Part shown: positions 12,006-24,553 of the stretch, one piece after another | Layout: each line of letters starts with the position of its first letter | Position numbering within the stretch: position 1 is the stretch's first letter | From: Selaginella moellendorffii | Lineage: Eukaryota > Plantae > Lycopodiophyta | Length of the DNA stretch: 64,000 bases | Direction of reading: 5' to 3' | NCBI RefSeq assembly: GCF_000143415.4 | Contig: NW_003314314.1 | Location: 563,771 to 627,770, forward strand | The notes under the pieces: model-generated | Told to the model about the DNA's origin: nothing | Databases searched by the model: none | What the model saw: only the letters and a program-made list of their open reading frames with translations | Program-made: the position numbers and the translations under genes

Positions 12006-15000
12006 CAATCCTAAAGACCTGGCATATACACTTATATAGCTGGAAAAGAAAGTGTAGTGCACTTTATCTCTCTCCCCTTAAGCCAATTGGAAAAGGGACA
12101 ATTGCTTGATGTGAGAGCCTTTAGTGGCTATTTTATCCCCATTTATCCCCCAAGGTTCCAAGGATCCATCGTGACAGTATATTCAAATCTCATCCCATGA
12201 TCAGCGCTACAGAGAGCCATCAGTGAAGGTGATGGAACTTGACGAGCTAGTAGTGGACCTCCTAGAGTGTCTTATATGGGGTGGTTTATACTCTAGTATT
12301 CCTTTCTAGCTCGACACAACCCAACATGCAATTCTACTATCATTCCAAACCTTAGGAATCCAACTTTCATCCATAACCAACCTAGAAGCATTTGTCCAGC
12401 ATGCAAAGCAGTCCAATGGTGGTGAGGCCCATGCTGAGTCTGCAAAATTTGGCCTCAGTTCTATCTAGCCTTGTTACTAGCCTCCTCAAACATTATGGGG
12501 AGCCATAGAAAACAAGGCCAATGGCAACTGAGCAATAGTAATCTACTTATACGATGTTATGGAGCATCTTATTGACAAACATTGGCTAAGTTATTAAAAT
12601 TAAGCCCAAGCACTCGAGGAGAAGGATATTTGTGAACGTAAGTCATTATCTTTTTTAAATTCTCTCCTCATAAATATATGTTGTGGTCCTTACAGTTGTA
12701 GCTACTACAAATGCCTTAACTATAGATAATGATCCCTTGGTGATAAAGCCATTTCTCCTAGGGCTAGCCACACAAGAACCAAACCAAGATGAGAATAATG
12801 AAAAAGAAGACTTTGCGGATGAAGAGGACATTCTTCCATTGCTGGAAGAAACTTTTCCCACATAGGATAACATGGATATCACTGAAGTTGAAGAACAAGG
12901 TGATGGTGGGGATGAACCACACCAAGGATCTCCGGAAACATTCTTGTCACTAGAGATAATGGCTCTAGGCCATACGGTTGGTAAAAAGCATTAACACAAA
13001 TGAATATTTCTTTTGTTTTCTGATTTTTGAGTGTAGATAAGCTAATGCTAATGTATAATAGTGACAGTAGAGGCTTTAAAGACCATGGTGTGCATCCACC
13101 CCCTTTTCTAGAGGGAAGTAGCTCCACTTCTTTTACTCTCATAGAGTTGTTTAACTACTTTTCTATAGTAGAGTAAGATAATTAAAAATTATGGCACTTT
13201 AAATTGAACTAACATTTGCAAGGACTTACGTAGGAATTAGGTGGTTGTTTAACAATTGAGTGAACCATTTCATACTATTGAAATATTATATTGTAAGTTC
13301 TCTTGTTTCTACATCAAAAAGGCCATATTTCGGCCATACAAACTTGCTTGCACACGTTTGGGGCCATCTCACATTTTGGTAAGCAATGGATTGCCTATGA
13401 ATTGGAGTTCCCTCATTTGTCCTTCCAAATTGCACTAAACAATGAATTCAATTGTTTCCAATTTGCCTTCAATACTAATTTCTACACACTGAATTACAAA
13501 GTGGTCTATGCATCTAAGATTGGTGGAGCTTTGGTGTGGGAGGAAGTCACAATAGATGCAGGCAGGCTATATGCAAAAGCCATTAGAGAGGCTATTCACT
13601 AGATTCTAGAATCAATAAGTCTAATTTTCATTTGGCTCACTAAAATAACTTTGTATTACAGATGCACAGACTGTTTGTGATTAGAGAAAGAGCCACGTAT
13701 TAGCATCCTAGGATGCTAGTGCATTCTAGGATGTTGTGACAAGAAGAGCAAGACGTAGTAAGTTAAGTTTAAGGCACAAATTTTATATACTCCTTATTTC
13801 TATATCCACAAGTTGTCTTTGTGGGTTAGTTGTTATTCTAAGCATTTGAATGTAATGCATAGGTATTTCACAAGTGTACAATTGCAACATTAGCAATTGC
13901 AGCCGAAAAGGTTCTAGACGAGAATGACTAACGACTTACCCAAGGAGGATTATATGAGATAGACCTCAAGGCATGCACGCCACATATCTAGAATGCACTT
14001 AACCAATTACAAAGTGTATCAAGCCTAAAGGAGAAGGGCAATCGGTGCAAGTTTGTGGATTCCATCATAGAAAATTGGCAATTACCGACTACAATATAGT
14101 GCTTGAGTCTAGACTCACCAAACTTGGTGAAGGTGATGAGTAGACTATGGAGGTATGTGTGGTTGTGGTGGTTTGGCGTTACTTATTTATTAAGCCAAAC
14201 GTAGTGGGAGACTTACTCCGAGATGGCTTCCAACACTCAATGCGCATGGAAGCTTGTCAAAGGCCTTACAAGAGTTTAACATTGCTAGGTGGGCTTTCAT
14301 TCATTGGGATAAATGCTTTATTACAGGTCTTTCAAGTAAAGATGATCATTCCTCCCACGGAGTTCATCAATTGCCTGGTCTTTGATTAGGACTTTAGAGA
14401 GAACTTCTACAGCTCGATTGTGGATTTCATTTGAGGTAACTATTTACTTTTACAAACAACTAAAACTCTTGTATATTTGAGCATTTTATAGATATGAGCC
14501 CGAAAGAGTTATCCAAGTTCCATCACTTTGCAGTTGATTCTCCAGAGTTCTAACCGGGAAAGCCTATTTGGATCCAAGTTGAGACACATAGTATATCATT
14601 TACTCCATTTTCCAAGTTCTCCACATGCATACGAGAAGTTTTCTTCCCTTTAATGTACCCATCAATGGAATGGACCAAACACAAGATCCACTAGGCACTT
14701 TAGAATCCAAAGAGCTTTGTATAGATTGGGCTGATGTTGTGGAAGTATTGTAATCTAAACACTTTCACAATTTAAATAGATAATTGTTTTAAAAATATGT
14801 AATTCCCTGACACTTTGAAAGAGACTCTTTCCAATTTAACTTAGTTCATTAGCAAAGATAAAAGTAAAAATATTCAAAATATTCCACAAATGCCCATTAT
14901 AGGCACTTGCAACCCTCCCAACTTATACTTGCCTCATCAAGGGTAATCACTATAACTTCCAAAGCAGCTTTCAATCTAGGATCTGGGTCAAAATTATTAA

Positions 15001-16614
15001 GCTTGGGTGCTACATGATGCCCATACTCGCTTGGGGAACTTTCAATTTGTTTCATGGTAGAACAAAAATCACCCTCTAGATCTATGAACTTATCCTTGCT
15101 TACATCTTGAGCAGTAATATATCCCTCATTGTCGCTTTCTTCAACAAGACCTTCCCCTCAACAATTAATATAACATTAGAAGTAGTCTTGGGCTACCTAT
15201 TGCCAAGCCTTAAGATGAGGAGGCATAATAAAGAATCCTCAATTCTATACCTTGTTGGATCCATTGTTGTACCTCAAAGAAATAAAATCCTCTCCAGTTT
15301 GCCATGCTAGGAGGAAACCTAGAAACCTCAAACATTACAACAAGGTTAGAGCAGATAGGAAACTATCACAAATCTTCTCTTACCAAAGCATGAGCTTCCA
15401 ATCCCCGAAAACTCTAGTTCTTTGGCCGCAGCACATAGCATATATTGGATAGTTTTGCCCCATGCTTGAAAACCCTTTTTACAAATTTCAAAATTTGAAA
15501 TGGTTATAATTGGAAAATGTTGAAAGTGTCCATTGTTATTGCTCTTCTCACTTAAATATTACTACATGCAATTGCAATTTCCATATTCTCAAATCTCCTT
15601 CAACATGCTACTCTTGAGAGAACTCCACAAACATCAACACTATGCACCCTTGCGTAGTACACAATTAAAGTATGAGCCCCACCAATTCATGGAATTAGTT
15701 AGACTTCAACCTACTTTTGAGTCATATGCAAATCTTCTAAGCATCATGATGCAAAACTAAAGCGTTGAGAGAGCTACATTGGAAATCAATGGCAATGAAG
15801 GATAAATTTAATGGGATGCATTAGAGACATGACCCTAGACAGTATATATTCACGGCTTTGCAATGGAGCTAAATAAAGTTCACTTACGCTTGCTATGAAC
15901 ACCATGTTAAAAGAGGTGTGCCAAAAAATGATAATTTAGTTCTTTTGCCATGAGCAACAAGAGCAAAAAGTGAGAACATAGTGCTTTGGTATGCAATTTG
16001 GTCAATTCTTCATTTGGTTTGCAACATTAACAACTTGCTTGAATGCATGAGATGAATGGGTCTATGGGCCATGACTGGCTCCATTCTGCACATAGCACAG
16101 GTCATTGCTATGGGCATGATGCCCCATCCAGGGCATAAGGATTGAATATTCATAAATTATTCTATGCTTGTGTTTTTTTCACACTCATAAATAATACACA
16201 TAGCAGTTTTCAGAACATCATTTCAAGTAGTACGTTTAATAGGTCAGGCTTTATAGCACTAGAAACTTTCTTCATTAACTTTCATTCCAACATCGTACAG
16301 CAATTATATGGGAATAGGAAAGAAATTTAAAATCATATCAATGATGGGAAGATCGTCCAAGAACTTGGCATTGAGATCCTAGACCTTCTTCAAGGCATGT
16401 TCATGGCTCATCTAATCCAGCAGCAATGTAGCAAAGCCCTTAAGGAATTTCCAGCCTTTATCTCTGTCCTCCAGAATTACCTGTGGCAATAAGTTTTTGA
16501 GCCTTTTGCTTGGCAAGTGCAACAAAACATTCTGGAAATCGAGCAAATTCCACAATGTGTGTGCCAAAGCTCTAGCCACAAGGAACCTTGAAAAGAAAAC
16601 ACACACATCCTCGT

Positions 16615-19570
16615 TGTTAGGAAGTGTTCTTATCGCTTCCTTGGACAGTTTTAGCCTGGACAATTTAAGCTTGGTGAGCACGGTACAGCAAGGATTCCTC
16701 ATTAAAGGAGGGAGAATATGGTATGGAAGGTAGGTTATATTTTTGGGTTCTATTTTCTCCTCTCTCCTCTTCCAATTTCTCTCTTTTCCTCCTTTGTATT
16801 TCTCTTCCATGGAATATATTAGTGATTCCTGCCAGGAGATCTGGGCAGATCTAAACAGTGGTATCAAAGCAACACTACCAATCATATTGGGTGTACCAGG
16901 CAAGGGTTTGGCATCATGGCGAAGGATGGGGCTAATGCAGGCAATCCTAAAAAGGATTTTGGTTATGGGAGTCTTAGCAAATGTCATTTTCAACTAGTTA
17001 ATCAGCATGACCAACTTAGAGTTAGTTATCCCTTTGTTATCTCTAGTATGGCAAAATAGGGTTTCTTTGTGAATGGCTTCTCTAGCATCTTTGGCAAAAT
17101 TTGTAAACATGAGGCCAAGAAAGAAGCAAATTGAGGCCACCACACTAATGGACAAGGAGCTAGAGTGAGTTTCCAAGCATGACCAAGAAGGGGAAAAGGA
17201 AGAGCAAGGATTGATAATCCAGTAATTGGAATCAACCATGCAAGCATTGATCAAGCAGAATCTTCTTCACCAGCAGCAAGTCACAGTTACAATCCGGGAC
17301 ATGCAAGTTTTGGTCCAGTTGTTAGCAGATCAATAGTATGAGAGCATAGCAGCGATGTGTCTTTTAGCAGAGAAGCAGTAGACCTTGGAATCTCAGCTCA
17401 AGGAGCTCCAGGTTACTTCTTCGCACAAGAAGCTAGTGGGGAACTGCCAGAGATACTGCCGTGATGGGGAGAGAGAACTCACCTCTTTCTAGAGTGTCAT
17501 GTGAGGTAGACACGAAGGGTTGCTGGAGACGGTAGAGAGCTTTTTGGAAGGATTCCTTTCTTTTGTACCTTCAAGAAAAAAAGATAGCTGAGTTGCATCT
17601 TTTGGACCTGGGTGTGAAGAAAGCAGGACAACACTGCGAAGAAAGTAGTAGGGGTCCAGGTGGGCAGCTAGAGACGGGTGTGAAGAAAGTAGGACAACAC
17701 TATGGAGAAAGTAGTGGGTTTCTTGCTCAAGCTTCAAGTCTAGGTGTGAAGAAAGTAGGACAACACTGTGAAGAAAGGAGCGGGGACTTGAATAAGCTCA
17801 AGACTGCACTTGAAGAAAGCAGCAAAGAAAGTGGTAGTGCAATGAATTTGGTTGCTAGTGATAGGCAACTTGATTCCAGTCTTTGTGGGAAGGGGGAAGA
17901 GTTCTCATCAGTCGAGGTGGAGGAGGCAGTGACAGACATAAAGTCTTCCTCCATGCATGCAGATATCAAGGCAGTGGCAATCTAGCATGCCCATGTTTTC
18001 ACTTGGAAAATTAGTAATCATTTTAGTGAAGTCACTAGGATCACACATCGGATTGAGTTAGAACCGCACTCCATCACAGTTAACTTTCTAATAATTCGTC
18101 TGGGTAAGGAGGGACGAGCCATCGTTGATACCATGGTGGAGGAATTACAACAGGAAGGGTTGGTGGAGGAAAGGAATAGTTTGTTCACATCTTCTGTGCT
18201 TCTCGTTCTTAAGAAGGATGGTTCATGGAGATTGGTGGTGGATTACAGGGCCCTTAATAGGATAACCGTCAAGAATAGGTTCCCTATTCCCAGGGTAGAT
18301 GAGCTTCTGGATGAGCTTGGCAGCACCAAGTTCTTTTCCAAGATTGACCTTCATTATGGTTACTATCATATTGCCATGCAGGATGAGGACAAGGCCAAGA
18401 CAGCATTCAGGACTCACCAAGGATTGTTTCAATTCAGAGTAATGCCTTTTGGCCTTACTAATGCGCCTACTACGTTTGACAGTCTCATGAACAAGCTCTT
18501 GGCTAAGTATTTCTTCCAATTCATTATAATTTTTTTTTATGACATACTAATCTATAGTCAGAACTGGATAGAACACTTGCACCACTTGGAAGTGATTTTA
18601 TCCATTGGAGAACAATGCTTTGGTTGCAAAGTTATCCAAGTGTTCTTTTGGACTGAAGACCATTTAGTACTTTAGATTTTGTGTAGGACATTGGCAAGGT
18701 ATGGGTTGATCCATCACAATTATAAGTTGTTGCAAATTGGCCACTTCCCAAATCTTTGAAGCAACTACAAGCTTTTTATGGCTTTGCAAACTATTTACAT
18801 TGCTTGCCTCTATTGCGGCTCCGCTCAGCAATATTTTGAGCTCTTCTACTTTTCAATGGTCAGATGTAGCCCAAGAATCATTTGAGTTGCTGAAGCAATG
18901 ACTTCTGGGTGCATTGTTACTTTTTCTTCCAGATTTCTTGCAACTTTTCATTGTTGAGATTGATGCATCAGATGCAGGAATTGGAGCAATTCTCTGCCAA
19001 GGAGAGGAATTGGTGGCCTTTGATAGTTGTCACTTCTCTGTTTAGAAGTCTAGGTTACTAGTGTATGAACAGGAAATGCTAGCAGTTATTCATGCAATTG
19101 GTCGCTACCACCACTATCTGTTGCCTCGACAGTTTATGCTCCAAACAAACCATCACAGCCTCAAATTTATTTTGGAGCAACAACATTTGTCCAAGAAACA
19201 GTAGTGCTAGGTGGAGCAACTGCAAGCATTGGATTTCACTATTGAGTTTCAGCCAGGGAAAAGCAACATCCTTCCTGATGTGTTAGGGTTTAGGTTCACG
19301 ATGATTTGAACGTACTGAAGCATCAACATTGTTGAGTATTTCCAGACAAGAAGCAGTGTATGTTGATAAGATTCACGAAGGCTACTTGCTGGATCCAATG
19401 CTTTCGGGTATTTGGCAACAGTTTCGTGATAATCCTGACTATACGCATGAGAAGTTGATGTATCATGAGAACTTATTATGGCAAAAGGGTCTTATAGTTC
19501 TCAATTCAAGCCATAACTTATGCAAGGAGATCTTTCAGAAGTGTCATGCAAGCATTTTGGCAAGACATTG
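16615..19570 (+). mobile_element. Decayed, 3'-truncated Ty3/gypsy element (5' LTR ending 16857, PBS, gag, RT, RNase H, start of integrase)
   Basis: ...CTAAACA G TGGTATCAAAGC PBS at 16859. RT motifs KKDGSWRLVVDYRALN, KIDL..GY, VMPFGLTNAP, FYDILIYS; RNase H E(I)DASDAGIGA. Ends at the integrase H..H region, abutting the TA tract. LTR left boundary approximate. Confidence 0.85.
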
Positions 19571-19577
19571 ATATTAA

Positions 19578-19917
<340 letters not shown>

Positions 19918-20242
19918 AAAATCATCGTTAATGTTAAAATAAAGACAAAGGGCTGGCTCTAGCAAACTCAAGTGCTTGATTTCGTGCTATCCTAGAGATT
20001 TTTGGTGCAACAAACGCAGACAAATTGCTCTGAAACCCTAGCAATCTAGAAACTAGAAACATTAAACCAGCCAATTGCAATATAGTAGAATTACTCTAAA
20101 GTATAGTTTTTGTCAGGGCTTCTCGTGGCTCAAATAGCACTTACAGCGTCCACTTAAGGCTCAACTAAAACAATCTAACCTTGAGCTTTAAAGCAAAATT
20201 CATCAACACAATTCTTTGATGACTTCGCTCATTCTCTCTCTT

Positions 20243-21861
20243 CTAACCAACGCAGCCCTTGAGCTTCATCCTGAGAAGCTCGGGAAGCTCCCTCTCAAAC
20301 TCTCCAACAAACTGGTCCACGACTTCACGACAGAACCCGCTCACAATCATTGCTGCTGCTACGTCCTCGCTGATGCCTCGCTGCCTGAAGTAGAACAGCT
20401 GCTCGTCGCCCACCTTGGACGTGCTCGCCTCGTGCTCGATCCGGGAGCTCGGATTCCGTCCCTGATGATCCAAAAGTTCCATACAAACTCGTGAAACCTG
20501 TAAACGTGCAATGGAGCTCATATACCTGGATGACTGGAAAGGTGCTCGCAGTAGACTTGTTTCCAATGAGCAGCGAGTCGCACTGCGAGAAGTTCCTGGC
20601 TCCAGCTGCCGAGGGCTGGATCTGCACGAGCCCCCGGTAGCAATTCGTGGAGTTTCCAGCCGAGACTCCCTTGCTCACGATGAAGCTCTTGGTGTTCTTC
20701 CCAAGGTGGATCATCTTGCTGCCCGTGTCGGCCTGCTGCTGGTTTTGTGTCAATGCCACCGAGTGAAACTTCCCCACGGAGCCATCGCCTCGCAGCACAA
20801 CGCTAGGATACTTCCAAGTGATCGCGGACCCAGTCTCAACTTGCGACCACGATATCTCCGACTTCTCTCCGTCACAAAGTCCCCTCTTGGTCACGAAGTT
20901 GTAAATCCCACCGCGTCCCTGGAGCAACACCTCACGATCAAACCAAGGAGGTAACGTCAAACCCGAAGGAGAGAACCTGCTGATCACCGGAGTACCAGTT
21001 TTGCACCGTGTAGTAGTCGATCTTTGCGTTCCTCGCGCAGTAGAGCTCCACGACCGCGGCATGGAGCTGGTTTGTGTCGTGAGCCGTGGCCGTGCAGCCC
21101 TCGAGGTACGTCAGGTGACCACCCTCCTCGACCACGATCAAAGTTCGCTCGAATTGCCCAGTCTCTGGCGCGTTGATCCGGAACTGCGTGGAGAGAGGGA
21201 TGCTCACTCCTCCCCCGGCCTTCACGTAGCAAAACGATCCATCGCTAAACACCGCCGAGTTGAGAGCCGCGTAGAAGTTGTCCGAGGCCGGAACCACGCG
21301 GCCGAGGTTGTCCCGGACGACCTCCGGGAACTCGCGCACGGCCTGGGAGAGCGAGCGGAAGAAGACACCGCCGTCCTCGAGCTCCCGCTGGTGGGTCAAC
21401 GCCACGGACGTGCTGTCAAAGACGGCGTCAACGGCCATTGACCGGGGCTTAGACCCGGGCTTTGACTCGGGTGGCGGCCCCAGGTCAACGCCCAGGCGCT
21501 GGTATGCGTCGACGATGGCGGCGTGCTCCGAGGGCTTGGGCTCCGAGTAGTAGCTCATGTCCTGGAAGTCAACGGGCGGGTGGCGAAGCTCCGACCACGA
21601 GGGCGGTGCCATCTTTTGCCACTTGTGGAAGGCGTCCATCCGGAAGTCGAGCATCCATGGCGGCTCCTGGCGCTTGCTGGAGATGAGGCGGATCGTCTCC
21701 TCGGACAGCCCCTTGGGGATTGATACGGACTCCACCTTGGAAGAGAAGCCCCATTTCCTGCAAGCACCTTCCAACAGAGATTTGATTTGAGTGTGCTCTT
21801 ACCCGTAGTCACAGTTTAGAAAGCGATCAATGGTGGTAGCGTCTGTTCCCACCGTCGCCAT
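20243..21861 (-). CDS. SUFB: Fe-S cluster scaffold SufB (Ycf24/NAP1 family), 4 exons, about 480 aa, no evident transit peptide
   Basis: Spliced translation MATVG...DYG|[26 protein letters not shown]...[11 protein letters not shown]...[15 protein letters not shown]...GQFERTLI...YLEGCTA...[11 protein letters not shown]|[13 protein letters not shown]...SQCDSLLIG...FPVIQ|[16 protein letters not shown]...YFRQRGI. Three short GT-AG introns (first 21802-21758, 45 bp). Confidence 0.93.
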
Positions 21862-22342
21862 CGGGCTCGTCTCCACGCCCTAGACTTGAGTAGCCCTAAA
21901 AATGTATATTATTTTGCGAAAGTAATTATATAGATGTATGACATATTTACTTTGATTTTAAAAACGTTTATAATAGCATATGCTAAAATATCGTAAAAAT
22001 TAATGGAATATTCTGTTTACTGGAATCATAATTTGTAAAGATATCGGGAATATACGTAATATTTGGCATGAAGTTTCGATGGCGACGCAATAGTTACATG
22101 GAATTCTAACCATCTGGTAAGTGTCCACATGGCATTCCGAGTCTCCCAAAGTGAAATATTCAAGGGTGTTCAAACGCAAGTAAAAATGTACATATACCGT
22201 GTCGTATTACGCCCTGAATGATTGCAAGTCAGTGCAATGAAACTAAACCAGCTGGAAAACCTTTTACCTTGGAGGAAGATTTCTTTCGTGCCATCTCCTC
22301 TCTTCTTTTCTTGCGTCTTGATCCTTTCTCTAGCTCGTGAAA

Positions 22343-23637
22343 ATGCTCTCCCAGTCGGCATTGCTCTTGCCAGGCTCGAGATCGCAGCAGATAGCAAGGA
22401 TTGCTTCTCGCCCACACCGCTTTCGCGCCCAGCAATCGTTCCCCGGCAATCCAAAAGTCTCAAATCCCATGGATGGCTGGCTCAGGAGCAACGAAGCGCG
22501 ATCCAAGAACGAAGGATGCGTCGCAGCGGTCACGGGCCACAAAGACGCTGGAGTGCTCGTGGCGGAGGCGTTGAAGCGAATGAGCGCAGCAAGAAGCTTG
22601 GAATCCGGGGCCGCTGTGGTGGAATTGGCGTCATCGGGCAAGCTGGAGCTTCTTCCCAATGCTTTCCACCTCGAGTTCCTGGACGACTGCTTCTTGCCCG
22701 GCAATTCTTCGATCGGCTTCGCCCAGCATCTCAAAGATCCAAGCTCTTTCAAGATCCTGGCGGCAGATTCTGGGCATGCATGCGCCTTCTGTGGATTCCT
22801 CGTCGGCATGGAGCTCGACGTCCTGATCAATGGCCTCGAGGGCGGCGACGGCGACGCTGCATCCGATCTTCTCAAGGTGGTGGAGATTTGCAGGCGGATG
22901 GTCGGGCCTTTCGCAGCTATCTGGATCGTTCGAGGAAAGATGTATGCTGCGCGAGATCCCCACGGCTTCCGGATCAAGATTGTGGCTACTGGCTCTCTTC
23001 CGACGATCAGAGCATCAATACTGGTGCTTCCGGCCTCAATGCAGCAGTGGTGATTCGAGAGGTCATGCCTGGCGAGCTGGTTTGCATCGACGGCACCGGC
23101 ACCACGTCCAGCGTCCAATTCAACGCCGGTGAACGATCACTGGAATGTGGCATCGAGGTCTTCATCCAATCGTCATGGAACTACCGGATCCATCGTCTCC
23201 GGCAAGCTCTCTGCAAGCGCCTGCCACAGCTTCCGTTACCAGAGGTTTGGATCAGGGCGGTGGTCATAGCCGACGGACGCGAGAATGATCGCTTGGCCGA
23301 GGAATTCGCGAAGGCTAAAGGGTTCTCGTATTCCAGAATTGGCCACCATAGCTTTGGAGAGCTTGTGCGAGGCAACCGAGTACTCGTCGTCGGCTCGTCA
23401 TACCAGAGGGCTCTTGAGAGTGTCACACGTCTCAAGGGAGGAGAGTATGGGCCGGGTGCCATCCATGTCCTACTTTTCTCTCCAGTGGTGACCATGGATT
23501 GCTGCTACAGCAAGCTGGCGACCATGGTTTCGCAGCAGGAAGTGGACGTGAAATGGCTTCCGGTGGAGGATTTCTACGACGTCGTGGCCCAGGAAACTGG
23601 GAAAACTCCGTGCTGTGCTTGTTTGAGAAACGCCTGA
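22343..23637 (+). pseudogene. Highly diverged amidophosphoribosyltransferase (purF/GPAT)-like gene with one frameshift near 22973; transit-peptide-like N-terminus
   Basis: Collinear motifs recognised by eye: NEGCVAAVTG (cf. EECGVVG), LPGNSSIG, GPFAAIWIVRGKMYAARDPHGFR; then in another frame IREVMPGELVCID, ECGIE, GNRVLVVGSS (cf. GKRVVVVDDS), IHVLLFSP, DCCY, CCAC. No GT-AG intron fixes the frame. Confidence 0.75.
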
Positions 23638-23910
23638 GAGTTTGTAACTTTGGACCATCTGAAATAAAATGTTCTTTTTCGTTTCCTCCCTGGTCAACGA
23701 GTCAACGACCATGCCGGGGCGCGGACCGAGGTCAACGGGTGACTCCTCGGACAGCCCTTGGGGCAACCTAAACTTTGAGCGGCATCTCGAATATCCCATG
23801 ATTATAACTCTTTGACTTTAAAAGAAACGAACGAAACCTTGGTTGATCTTTGTAAGAAACCAGAGTGAAAAAACAAAGTTAGATTGGCGAGTCAGTAACT
23901 AACAAGATCA

Positions 23911-24267
23911 TCAATGAACAAACGCTAATCTTGCGAGGTGCTCCACGCACGAGTAGTACTCGAGCTTCCTGATCTTCGACGCCCAAAACGATCCAGGCGT
24001 GGAAGAGAAAGGGCTGGATCGTTTCTTCTTGTTGGCTCGTCTGCTGCTGGATTCGTGCTGCTGCTGCTGCTGCCGCTGCTGGTCTCGATTCTCCTCCTGC
24101 TCTTCGCTCTCGATCCCTTCGGGGATCGTTTGCAAGGTGGGATTTAGCCTCTTCTGGCGGCGGCGGAGATAGGCGCGCTGCATTTGCTCCTCCTCGCTGA
24201 TGAGCATCCCATTCCGGACGAGATCTCGCTGGAAGAGCCCGCCCCTTGGCCGGCACCAGCGACCCAT
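23911..24267 (-). CDS. Small hypothetical protein (118 aa) with Glu/Gln-rich tract
   Basis: ATG-initiated GC-rich ORF, divergent from the SNF2 gene across a G-box-containing spacer. No recognised domain. Confidence 0.45.
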   Translation of the reverse strand: MGRWCRPRGGLFQRDLVRNGMLISEEEQMQRAYLRRRQKRLNPTLQTIPEGIESEEQEENRDQQRQQQQQHESSSRRANKKKRSSPFSSTPGSFWASKIRKLEYYSCVEHLARLAFVH

Positions 24268-24407
24268 TGCCCTAATTCGCCCAAATTCCTAGATTGCCCT
24301 CACCGATCGATCCCAATCGGCCAAATCGTTAGCTCCCATCGTTTAGCTCCTATCGCTGGCCGGCTTACCTCATCTCCATCCTGGAAGACGTGGAATAAAT
24401 CACTGGG

Positions 24408-24480
24408 GGGCCACGTGTCGTGGATCCCACCAATCGTGACGTGGCTGTGTTTCTTACGCTTTAAATCGTGACGTGGCCGT
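24408..24480. promoter_or_regulatory. G-box/ACGT cluster in a short bidirectional promoter
   Basis: GCCACGTGTC plus two copies of AATCGTGACGTGGC between the divergent ATGs at 24267 and 24554. Confidence 0.45.
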
Positions 24481-24553
24481 ATGGCGTGTCATTGATGTTG
24501 ACGTTGGGCTGTACTGCTCAAATGATTTTCCCGCGCTAGGGTTCTTCCGATCG

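Noticed and set aside
22222-23637. 471-aa ORF as one protein
   Set aside because: Only the part after about 22975 is purF-like; the N-terminal homology lies in the 22337-23053 frame.
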